From NCBI GenBank assembly GCA_036172245.1, contig JAYWIR010000007.1, positions 62,001 through 126,000 on the forward strand: DNA of 64,000 bases, given 5' to 3'. Position 1 is the first letter of the stretch, and each line of letters opens with the position of its first letter. This document shows, in pieces, positions 12,251-22,980 of the stretch. This DNA is from Raillietiella orientalis (lineage: Eukaryota). The notes beneath the pieces are model-generated. The model ran no database searches. It was not told where the DNA came from and saw only the letters and a list, made by a program, of their open reading frames with translations. A program made the translations under genes and the position numbers.

Positions 12251-15200
12251 GGAGCTTCAGGAGGAGCCAGACAAACCGGCTCGAGGTCCTCGGGTCAGTA
12301 GGATTCCCTCCCCCTCTCTCCCTATTTCTCACGCCCGCACTCTTCCTCCGCACGCTCTGGTGCTACGACGATCCCTGCCGTCGCCGGAGGCGATCCTGGA
12401 TGCGCGCAGGGAGCCTGGCCGCGCCGCCCACCCGTCGTCGCTGGGATGGTGACGGGTGCTCTCTTTTTCTTTCCCGTCTCTCGTGCTCGTCTTCCCTTGG
12501 CTGGCGAGCAGCTGGGACCCTGCCGACCCTTAGACGCCCGGCGCCCCCCCCAGCCCGGAAAGGTCGAGGGCCACGAGTACCTGTTGCCACAGCAGGCGCG
12601 CCATGCGACGGCGCGCAGCCTGGGACTGTCGGGTCCGACGGTGAGTCCCTCCCTGTTCGTCCGGACGAGCGGCGCTCCCCTGTGCCGAGAGAGATGGCGG
12701 GGAGGCTGCGAACTGTCGAAGGGCAGAAGTGCGAACGGCCCGTGGCCCGTTCCCCTCCTTCCCTTCGCCGCCGGTCCGACAGCGCCGTCCGTTCCTCTGA
12801 GCTGCGTTGCCCGGTCCTGGAGACCTGGATCTTGCCGTTCCCGAATCTTCCCGGAATCAGGCAGAGGATTCTCTCTCCCGACGCCGTGCAGACGGGAAAG
12901 TCTCAGGAGTCCAACCGCGAGGAGTGTTCCCGCCCTCCCGCCGCGACGTCGGCTGCTCCTGCTCCCCGTGAGCGCGCGACTGCCTCGGACCGCGCGGGGG
13001 GCGCTGGCGTCCGACGGGCTGTTCCCGGCGACGCCTCCCGCAAAGCGTCAGAGAATGATCCCCGGAGAGGCGCGTGTTCGACTCTTCGGCTCCTTTCCCG
13101 TGCCGGAAGCCTTTTGCCATCCGATGAGTCGGAACCCGCCGGGATGGAGCCGAGCGCTTCGCAGGGGTGTGCGCGCGCGGGGGAAGGGGGGGGGAGGAGG
13201 ATTTCCTCTTAGTTCAGGAGGGGGAGACGGCGTCTGAACGAGAACCACCGCCACCTCTCTTTGTCGCGTCCGGGGTCATCGCGTAGCTCCCACTTTGTCA
13301 GCACGGATTTCGCCATCCCGTTTGTTCGCCCGCTCCCTTTTTTTCCTCCCTTTTTTCCACGTCCGCGAAAGGGCGCGCCCGAGCGACGGGAGGCATGGAC
13401 TGGCCTGTGTTTGTGGCGAAAGGGAACCCGAGTTGCCTCCCTCTCGTTCGCCCGCTGAGCAAGCAAATCTCTGGGGAGCAGAGGAGGGCTGCCGTTCAGC
13501 CCTCAGGGGGGATGCGCACGTGAGAGTGCGCATTCGCATAGAGGTCCTCTCGCGCCCTCTTAAACGACTTGCCTCCTGCATTCCCTTCCCGCTTCCCCGC
13601 GCGCATCGCAACGAGTCGCTCGAGATTAATTAATGAAACCGATCCAGAACCCTCGGGCCCTGGAATGTGCCGTCTCGCAGTGAACTCCGGTGAATGCCCC
13701 CTGCCCCCTCCCCCCTGCTCTGTTTCCGTTTTCAGACAGCATCCTGCAGAGCGTTCCCGTCGCCGGATGCTTTTCGAAACCGATATCTCCCGATACCATC
13801 TGGAGCGCTTCGTGGCCTCCCGTCGGTGTGTTCGAATTCCATCCCTCCTCCCCCCCTTCCTCCCGAATCATCTCGATATCCGGACCCGATCGTTCATCCA
13901 GGGTCTGCCTCATGCTCTCTCCCTTATCTTTCCTCAGCAGAGGCAGCTCCTGACCCGTGTTTTTCACTGCCGTCTTCTCAACCCTTTCGCTTAGCCCCCG
14001 TCTCTCTCTCGCTCTCTCTCCTTCCCTTTCCCTCTGCCGTTGCCACTTGTTGAACTGACAGGTGCTGCTGCCATCTCTTAGAGAAAGCATTCCTCGACAT
14101 CTTAGGGCAGTTGTCCAGCCCGCTGTCGGGACCGTCGTGTTTTACCACGGCGGGGAACCGCACGACTCGAAAAACGGTTGATGCTGGGCTCCCGTGCCCA
14201 CTTTCAGCTCTGCGGAGCGTAAGCAGGAACATGCCCTGAAGGCGAGAGCCACCTGAACTAAGTATGCCCAGATGAAAACTGCATCGGGCTGCAGGTCGCG
14301 CGAACGCACGCAACTGTCCCGTACCCAGCACGTCTGTGCTTCAACCGCACAACTGTGGAGGGGGGGGGGGGGAAGAAGCATTGCTCAAGTATCCAGGACA
14401 GAAACTGAGATGGGATCATTGCTAGTCGAAAACTTTACCAAGCAGCAAAACGAGTTTATTCTTGCTCTCCAGCAGACAACAGCCTCCAACGTTTTCAACC
14501 AACAGATCCACTCGATGATTTCACATCCTCAGATTCTCGGAACTCAAGGTGCGGTCCAGTACAGTTCCCAGTGCTTCCGAACCTCCTGTTCAGCATCACT
14601 CCAACTCCTCTCCAACTCCCAAATTCTGTTCTATCCGTTTACACAAAATTTCTAACGTGTCATCGCACCCACGCCTTATTATTGAGCCTGTTAATCGCAA
14701 CTGCCCTTCGCCGCATGCACGCCGCCGTTTCCTGGTAACCACGTCTAGGCTGCGGGTCCGGGATTGTTGCAAGGCCTCGTGGCATTGTTGCAAGTGCGCA
14801 CGTAGGGAGTGGGGCGCTCCGTGTTCTTTGCACGTAACGTTGGAGAGAGGAGAGATCGTGGCACCGGGAGACGCCCATCGCACGCGTACGACGGAACATG
14901 CGTTCCGCCACGCACTTCGACTTGGTACGCGTTCCTTGGATTCGCGGATGCAGCTTCAGGGCTGCGTTGCTGGGTAACCGGCCCCGAGCACTTGGAGCGG
15001 AGCGAAAGCGGGGGAGGACGGCCACCGCGCTTCCACAACGGAAGAGTCCCGCGACAGGCGCTCTGGCAGCCCAGGGAGTGCTCCCCAGGCAGCCAGGATG
15101 CTCGCGCGCCAGGCCTGCGGAGGTCGGTCTCGCCGATTCCGGGATTTCCGAGACGCCCGTTCGGTGGACGTTTCTCGGCTGCCGCTCGCGGGAAGCCCAA

Positions 15201-15957
15201 GCCCTCGGGGAAGAACCGCCGCTTTCGCAGGAGAAAGGAGGGACAGGAAGTGGACGCTTGCGGGGGCGACTGGACACGGCCCCGGCGGATTTCGGGCGCT
15301 CGTCACGCGAACCATGGGAAAGAGGAGTCTGTGTCCGGTGTGTTGCCACGGTGTTGCCTGTCCAGCCTGTTGTGTGGTTTCCGTGCCACCGGGTTGCACG
15401 CATCAGCTTTCCCTTTGTCTTTTTGCTTGGAGCAGCGACGAGCCGCCGCCCGAACGAGGGAGCGGAAGAGCTCTTCCTTCGTCGTCGGGACCTCGCCCGG
15501 TGGCTCCGGCGAACGACCCGTCTGTAGGGCATCCAAGGGGAGAGGTGCCTTCTGCTGAGCAGGAAGGGGGAAAAAGGAAAATTGCCTTCTACTTCATATC
15601 CTGAAGGTTCTTTACATCTGATTAAATCGATTGAAGAAAACCTTTCTCGTACAAACGCAGCTGCGATTGGCAGTCCGATCGCGGACAAGCCGATGGAAAT
15701 ATTTCGAAATTTGTATAAAACTCAAGAAGTGGAATAATTCATTCCGCTTACCGGAAAAGCGATAAATTCTTGAGAAGCTTACGAACAGATTACGAATGTG
15801 ACAGAAACATATGCATTAAATTTAGGATTTACTTATTCTTTGCCTTTTAGCAGTAATTTTTACACGTGATTTGCTATTGGCTTATGTAGCGGGCTGTATA
15901 CGAATTTTAAACCGACATTGTGTTATGTAGTGTTTAATTTCGATTATGAAAATTTGA

Positions 15958-15993
15958 GCGGGTAATTACTGGAAAATTCCGCTAATTACCTGC
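15958..15993. other. Stem-loop at the right end of an AT-rich insert
   Basis: GCGGGTAATTA pairs with TAATTACCTGC (11 bp including one G-T), with an inner GGAA/TTCC. Confidence 0.6.
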
Positions 15994-16466
15994 CTGCCAG
16001 CGGTTAAATGATTGTCGATATCTTTCGATTCCTGGAAACTGCGGGTTCAGCACGTGGACGTTGTGAAACGTCAAGTTGTTTTCGTCTCCAGGGCAGAATC
16101 CGGCTCCCTGGCATGGAAAAGGGGGATCGCAGGGCGGAGGTGAAGACGGGCGACTCATAACGTGGCGGCGGCGGGCTCTCCCGGTGACCCCTCGGGAACT
16201 TCCTGCTTGTGCCTGCGCGCCGTCGCTCTGATTGTTCGGGAGTGCTTCATTTTCTTGCAGCAAGGGGCACCCGCAGAGCAAAGGTCGGGCGGAACGTCCC
16301 TCCGCAGCGGATGTGCAACAATGCCTTTCCCGCTGCTCCCTACGAGGAGTCTCAGGGAGAAGCCAGAGATCCCTTCCTTTGTGAAAATGGCGCCGGGACG
16401 GAACTGAAAGATAGGCAGAGGGCGGACCCGAGTGACGGCGTGGTGGCACAGAAGGGAAGGGAGAGG

Positions 16467-16770
16467 TGACGGCATCAGTAGCGCCGGGCAGGTGGCAGGT
16501 GGGGGCGGGGGGGAGGGAGACGGCAGCGATGCTGCAGGAGCAAGACACGCGTGAGGACCACACGAGCCAGAGGTGTCGGGGGAGATGCCTCTGGGCTGCC
16601 GTCAGCGCCTGCGCATTCCATGCAGGGGGGAAGTCCCTCACCCACCCAGTCCCTACTCTGCCCCGAGCGGGGGCCGGGGGCCGCCTCCGCGTTACGGGGC
16701 AGCGGCGACGTAACGACCGTCCTTGCGCCGTGGTAGGCAAGCCAACCAGCATCTCCAGCCACTTCGTTGC
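16467..16770 (-). repeat. Diverged inverted copy of 18865-19148; decayed LINE RT domain 0-1
   Basis: Reverse complement aligns by eye at roughly 80% identity. Both copies encode GWVRDFPPAWNA(Q/N)xLTAAQRHL, resembling GxFPxxWKxAxV. Confidence 0.8.
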
Positions 16771-18239
16771 GTGACAGAGGACGGAGGGCAAGGAGGAGAG
16801 GGGGAGATGAATGCCATCCCGCGCTCCCCGCCTATGCATCGGCTGCTTACGGTAGCCGGCACTTCCTGACGGGGGAGCTTCGGCCGCAAGTCTTTAAGGC
16901 GCTGTGCGATCGGCGGCGGTCCCTCAGAAGCGGAGGACGACGGGGAAAGGGGGGGGGGGGGGAAGGAGAACGAGCTTACGGTGAGGCCAAGAAAAACGAG
17001 GTAATTCCTCAACGCAGTGGCTCGTTGCCGACGCTGAAAAAAAGACCTCCCAGAGTTCAGGGAACGCCGGGGTGTTCCCTGCTCCTCGCTGACAGGATGG
17101 CAAGAATCCACGAGGAGGAGAAATGGGGACGGGGGATGGGAGGAAGCTTCTGGGAAGCAGCGCGCAAGAAGCTGCCGGCCTGTGGCCAGACTCACTGTCT
17201 CCTGGTGACGATTGGACGTGAGAGCGGTAGGGATCCCGAAATCAGCAGGGGTCTGACCGCCGCCTGCCCTCTGCCTCGCAACGAGGAACCGGAGCCGGGC
17301 AGCGCGTCTGCGCCCGCTTCCTGCCCGCTTTCCCTGATCAGAGTGGAGGCAGCCACCTCCCCCTTTTCCCGCATGTCTCGATGGTGCGCTCCCCTCCCCT
17401 TCCGATGCTCCTTGCTGGCGTCCCTCAAAGTCCCCTCCGCTTCGGTCCGGTCGATGGGGAAGAACGCCCGGAGGTCTGGGGGGGGGGGGCGAAGGGCAAC
17501 GGAAGAGGGCGGCGGTAGAGGGGCTGGACCACCGAGAACGACGGGCGCTCGGAGCGGCGAGCTCCCCGGCTCGCCAGGAACCCGGACTGCCTCGGGGCAC
17601 GCGGTGAAGCGTTCGCCGCCGCCAGAAGCCGCAGCGGTCCACGGGAAGCGTCCGCAAGACGGTGCTGCGGGCGGGGAGCCGATGGCACGTGGGGGCGGAA
17701 TCGCCTGCCGGGAACGGCCCGCAGCTGCGAGGAGGGCTGCCGACGCGCGCGTGCCCCTCCGGACAGAAGGGAAACCTCGCGTGCGCACGCAGGCGAGAAA
17801 GCGCGCTCCCTCGTGGGAGGATGAGGGAACTGGCGTGAGAGACGGCGCGGCACGCCGGGCGGAATTCAGGCCCGGACGCTGCTGGCGCGCGCCAGGTTCG
17901 CAGGACTCCCCCCCTCCCCTAGAGTATCCACCGTCCTTCCCGAAGAACCCGCCTGATCGGTGCGTCTCCCCTCCTCCCTTCCTGCTCTCTCTCTCCAGGT
18001 GCCGCGTTCCGAGGAAGGAGAGGAGGTGAGAACCCTGTCGCCCGGGAGACGGATACTCGCTGCGGGTCCCCGTCGCGCGCAAACTTCCATTATTGCGGCC
18101 CTCCTCGTTAACGAGCGCAGTTTCCTGCCTATTCCCGTCTCGGACAGAAGGGGAGTCGGGAGGGCTCGTCCGGGCAGCCTCCTTTTTCTCGCAGCAGTCC
18201 ACTGTCCAAGGGACCTCGACAATGGCGCGCTCCCTCCCT

Positions 18240-18600
18240 GCGGAAAGAGCGCGCCCGAGAACGTCTCCAGGGTTATCTCGAGACGGCCATGCGGCAGCTG
18301 CGTCCTTCAGGAGGGACCCGCCTTCTCGACTAGGCAGGAGACGCGAGTCCTGGTGATCCGGGAGGAAGAGGTGGAGAGGAAGGGGGGGGGGGAGGACATC
18401 TCCATCCCCCCTCGCCTTTCTCCCCTCCTCGAGGCAGCGTTCCTCTTCCCTCCCCCCCTCGTTGTTGCCCGCTCCCTCCTCCTCCTCTACAACGAGCTAT
18501 CGCTTCTGTAACTCAAGGAGGCGCGCTCAGGAGGATCCCCACCCCACCTTTTTGGCCCCTGTTCTCCGACAGATGCTTTCCTTCAGAGTAAGATGGAGGA
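18240..18600 (+). repeat. Diverged direct copy of 21470-21745; LINE post-RT segment
   Basis: Shared blocks CTCGTTGTTGCCCGCT, CAACGAGCT and CGACAGATGCTTTCCTTCAGAG; translates to SPLLEAA..PPPL, resembling the TPxxALE..LPPL motif. The match is strongest at 18415-18590. Confidence 0.75.
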
Positions 18601-18845
18601 GGGCAGAGAGCACGCAGAAACCCGGGAACACGGTCCTCTCCTAAACCTTCGTCGTCTCCTAGGAGACGCCTCGCACGGTCTCCTGTTTACCGAGATTGGA
18701 TCTTTCCCGCTTCTTCGCAGCATTACCAGCGACGTGTCCCTCCCTTGCTCTTCCTCCTTTTCTCCTTGAAGGAGAAAGGGGATTTTAGTTTCAGAATGCT
18801 CCAGGATCCGCACCGCGGCTGCTAGAAGAAATGGGGGCGGGAGGC

Positions 18846-19148
18846 GTTTCCTTAGGAGGGGACGAACGAAGCGGCTGGAGATGCCGGTTGCCATGCCTAC
18901 CGCGGCGCAAGGACGGTTGTTCCGTCGCCGCTGCCCCGTAGCGCGGAGGCGACCCCCGACCTCCGCTCAGGGCAGAGTAGGGGGTGGTTGGGTAAGAGAC
19001 TTCCCTCCTGCATGGAATGCGAATGTGCTGACGGCAGCCCAGAGGCATCTCCGCCGCCGCTTCTGCCTCTTGCGGTCCTCACGCGTGTTCTCCTGCAGCA
19101 TCGCTTCCCCCTCCCCCCCCACCTACCGGCGCTGCTGCTGCCATCACT
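18846..19148 (+). repeat. LINE RT domain 0-1 relic; inverted partner of both 16467-16770 and 19762-19833
   Basis: Sequence similarity to both partners read directly; 18846-18917 matches the reverse complement of 19762-19833 at 70/72. Confidence 0.85.
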
Positions 19149-19761
19149 TGCCGCCGACGGAGAAGGCGGCGAAGACCCCTCCTTCTCCGTCTCGGCCAAA
19201 GGCCGGTGGGGGTAGGTGTGAGGGACGCCTTCGGAGGGAGCAGCGGCCCGCTGGCTGCCTCTCTCGCCGTCTCCACGCGGGAGGAAGCGGCGGCTCGCTG
19301 GCGGGTGGAGAGACGCAGCAGGCCAGCTGACCTTGGCGTTCCGCGATCGCGGGCGGGCCGCTCGACCGTCGGCAGAGGGAGTCCCCTCCTTGCTCCCACC
19401 CCTATTACGAAGACGGACACCGTTCCGCAGGTCCGTGGGGGAGCAGGGCAGAGGCGCCGCCGGGCGGCTGCTCGGCACCACCGGGGGCACCGTCGCGGGG
19501 CCCCCTTCGCCGGTAGTCTCGCTCCGAGAGGAGGTGGAAGGGTCGGCGCGGCCCTGCCTTGCGCTTTTTCGAGGGAGGAGCTGCCGGTCAGCGGTGCTCG
19601 CTGGGGATCCCGACCGTTCCCCCCCTCTGTGCGTTCGCAGCGCGGGTGGTGGTCTCTGGGAAGGCCTCCGTGCCTTCCCGAGAGCTGCCACCGGGAAGAA
19701 GGCGCCACGTGTCCCATCTTATCGAGTTCCGGGTGCGCTCTCCCTTCCCTACCTCCTCCCG

Positions 19762-19833
19762 ACCGTCCTTACGGCGCGGTAGGCATGGCAACCGGCATCT
19801 CCAGCCGCTTCGTTCGTCCCCTCCTAAGGAAAC
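19762..19833 (-). repeat. 72-bp inverted copy of 18846-18917
   Basis: 70/72 identity in a manual alignment. Confidence 0.9.
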
Positions 19834-21469
19834 ATGCGCGTCCTTCGGACGGGAAAAGCGCGGACTCCGGAGTTCTTCCCCCCCCCCGCCCATCAGGACG
19901 GGAGCTCGGAGGACGTGAAGTTGTGGGAAAAGAGGGGAAGGCTGGGAGTTGCGGATGGGGGCGGCGACGAGGGAGGGGGTAGCGTCTGTGAGTCTCGCGC
20001 ACCGAAGGGGGAAGACCAGCTTCGCGGGTGGAAGGTCCGACTCCCCCTCGCTCATCCTCCTGCTGCAGCGTTCCCAGGGACGCGTCAGACCGCTCTCGCT
20101 GGCGTCCTGAAAAGCAAAGCAGGGAGGGGGAGGGAAAGGAGAGAGGAGGAACGGAAGGTCCAGGGTGGCAGAGGATGAAATGCGAAAGGTGCGCCAGCCT
20201 TCCGCGTTCCTGGTGAGCGGCGGATCCCGGATTTCCCTTTTTTTTTTTTTTTTTTCTTTTGGACTTTCGCGATCGTGCGTGCCGCGGGGCGCGTGCGCGA
20301 GCCGAAAGCCGCTCGCCCGTCCCTCAGCCGCAACCTCAGCGGGGGAAGGACGGAGGGGGCCTTCTCTGGGGGAGAGAGAGGAGGGGAGGGGGAAGACGCT
20401 CGCCACCTCGCGCTTTTAGCGCCGTGGGGCGGCACTTCCCTCCCCCCTCCCGCTCGAGGCGAGCTCTCCCGATCCTCATCTCGTCCGTCGGCGGCGGCGG
20501 TAGAGGAGGAAAAGCTCCCCCTCGGCCGGGGCGTCGCGGGGCCACTGCGTGCCGCCGATGCCGCACCCCGCCGTGTGAGCGGGAGCGCGCCCGTGACCCT
20601 TTTAGGGAAAGCTCGTCACGCGCCGCGCCAAGGGCGCCTGCGGCGGCGGTCCGCACACGTGTGCGCGCCCCCGCGCGGCCTGAGGAATGCGAGCCGGCGG
20701 CGGAAAGCGCGCGCGGAGGCCGCTCCGCGGGAGAGAGGCGGGCGAGGGACGGATGCGCGCGCGGATGGCTGTTGTTATCGCTCCGCACGTGGGGCGCGCG
20801 CGCTGCCGCGGGAGGGAGGGGGGGAGGGGAGAGAAAGCTCTCTCTCGCCCGCTTCTCCCGCCGGGAGGGTCCCCCCGCAGGCTGGCTGGGAGTCCCGCGT
20901 TGCTCGCTAGCAGGCGGCCCCGCGGGACCTCCTCCTCCGCAGGTCGCTCCGCTCGCTGCTCTACCAGCGGTGGGCCACGCTCTGCGGACGCAGTGCCCCA
21001 CCCACTGGGTCGGGAGGGGACGCGAGCACGCGCTCGTGCCGCTGCCACGCGTGCCCCCTCCCTGACGCTCGTCCCGTTCTTCCTTTTACCCCTCCCCCCC
21101 CCCGCGCGAACGCGTGCACGCGCGCGCCGCAGAGAAGCACCGGGAGGAGGAGGAGGAGCGCTCGCTTCCAACCGTGCGGGATCGGGACGACGACACGCGG
21201 AGCGGCAACCCCGCCGGGATGTGTAGCCTCTGGACGCGCGAGCAGAAGCTCACCCCTTCGGCCACGGAGAAGGGGCGCGCACTGCCCTCTGGAAGGAGGC
21301 CGGTGGAGGCCGCCTCGGACCTCCCTCCTCCCTCTCCTCCTGCGGCCTGAAACAGGAAAAGCGCGCGTGAGAAGGAAGGAAAGCTGTCCCGATGGGCAAC
21401 GGGAGGTCCCGGTACTCGTACTCTTGCTCAGCTCGTTTGCCGGGGGCGCGCGTCTTCGGCCTTCGGCAG

Positions 21470-22980
21470 TAGGCGGAAGAGCGCGTTTCCACAGGACGTC
21501 TCCCAGAGTTCCCTGTCCACGCGCGGCGTTCCTTGCCTCCACGGAGGGGAAGTGTCGCCAACCCTTCACTCCTTTGCTTTTCTCCCCTCTTGGAGGCAGC
21601 ATACCCTCCCCTCCCCTCTCGTTGTTGCCCGCTTCCTTTTCCTCCTCCGCAACGAGCTGTCGCTTCCGGAGCTCAGGGATTCGCATGCAAGAGGGCCCCC
21701 TTTGGCCCCTGCCTGTCGACAGATGCTTTCCTTCAGAGCAGTGTGGGGCGACAAGGACCGCTCGTCCTTGTCACCCCACCTCGCAGTCTCCAGCATCCTT
21801 CCTGGGACAGACGTCTTTCTCAGCCCCTCGGCCACGGTGGCAAGTCGGCTGCGAGGGGGGGGGGGGGAATGGGGGGTTTGCTTCGGTCCCGGAATCCCGT
21901 CGGGAAGAAAAAGAAAGAAGAGGAAGAGGTTTCATGCTGGGAAGACGTCCTCCCGAGCGAAGTCCACGTTTCCAGGGGAACGCCGTCAGGAACGGATGTG
22001 CTATCGGGGGATAGGGGATGCCTATGCACTACGACGGACGATGGAGCCTGGCGGACAGGCATGAACAGGAGGAAGGCGTGAACGGCTCGGACGGATATCC
22101 CGGATCCCTGCTCTCGCTCCGACCGGAGACTCCTCGCTCCGGGAGGGAGCGTGCGGGTTGCCGCTAGCTGCGTCGCAGGGAGGCAGGTCGCCGGCGCAGG
22201 GCTGCTGCTGACCTGCGCGCGTGCCAGAAGGGGACAGCAAAGTGGGAAGCGCTGTGCCACTGGAGTAGCGGGGCGTAGGGCAGCCCTTCCACCGCCTCGA
22301 TACGAGGGGGAGGAGAGTGCACATCAAGGATGATGGGCAGCGGGTAAAAGGACGTCATCCGGAAAGGATAACGAGGATGCGAGAGGGAGCAGGAATTCAG
22401 GAGCGACTGCTCGCCCGCGAGGTAGCCATCCGAAGGCGAGGCGAAGGGCGGCACATGCCCTTCCCCCCCCATCTTTCTCTGCTCCGCTCTTACAGCCAGC
22501 GAGGTGATTACTGCCCCATGCCCTACCCTCGATGGTACTCGCGTCAGCTTTCTCCGCAGGAGAAGAGAGACCTCCCCGCTGGTGCATCTTTTCCCACTTG
22601 TTCTCCCAGCCCTCTTTCCTTCTTTTTCGGGAAGAAAGGGGGGGGGGGAGAGGAAGAGACGCGAAGTCTTCTGAAACATGGGGCTGCTGCAACGTTTCGG
22701 CATTTGCCGGGACGGGCTTGCAGGAGGCGGCGTGTCCTGCATTCCTCAGCGCCTTTCGGTCGGTGTCCCGCTTCCCCCTCTTCCTCTTGAACTGGAGTGT
22801 CTGACTAGGCCCGCAGGCGAATGACTGGTGACCATCCAGCTCGAGCTCCGGGCAGAGAAGCAGCAACGAGAACCACTTCTGCCCTTCCCCCCTCCTCTTT
22901 CTCGGTCGCCTGAGGGCCCTATCCGTACGTAGTCGGGATGCACCTGCTCAGCATCTGGACGACGCGGGGTGGAGGTCTCG
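21470..22980 (+). mobile_element. Decayed RNase H-containing LINE 3' half (LOA/I/R1 group)
   Basis: In order: SPLLEAAYPPLP (~21580); TTTDDG/HYDG at ~22027-22045 (YTDGS); QRVKGRH..DNEDA at 22338-22380 (WVKGH..GNExAD), about 100 codons later as expected for RNase H; MTGDH at ~22822 (LTGH); AQHL at ~22945. Confidence 0.5.

Noticed and set aside
11749..13212. 487-aa ORF
   Set aside because: R/P/S/G/A-rich with overlapping ORFs in several frames, as expected from stop-poor GC-rich DNA; no domain recognised.
14235..14270. Faint resemblance to the 28S rRNA 5' end
   Set aside because: Short, gapped, and with no flanking rRNA similarity.
16767..18029. 420-aa ORF
   Set aside because: Low-complexity GC-driven ORF with antisense ORFs of similar length.
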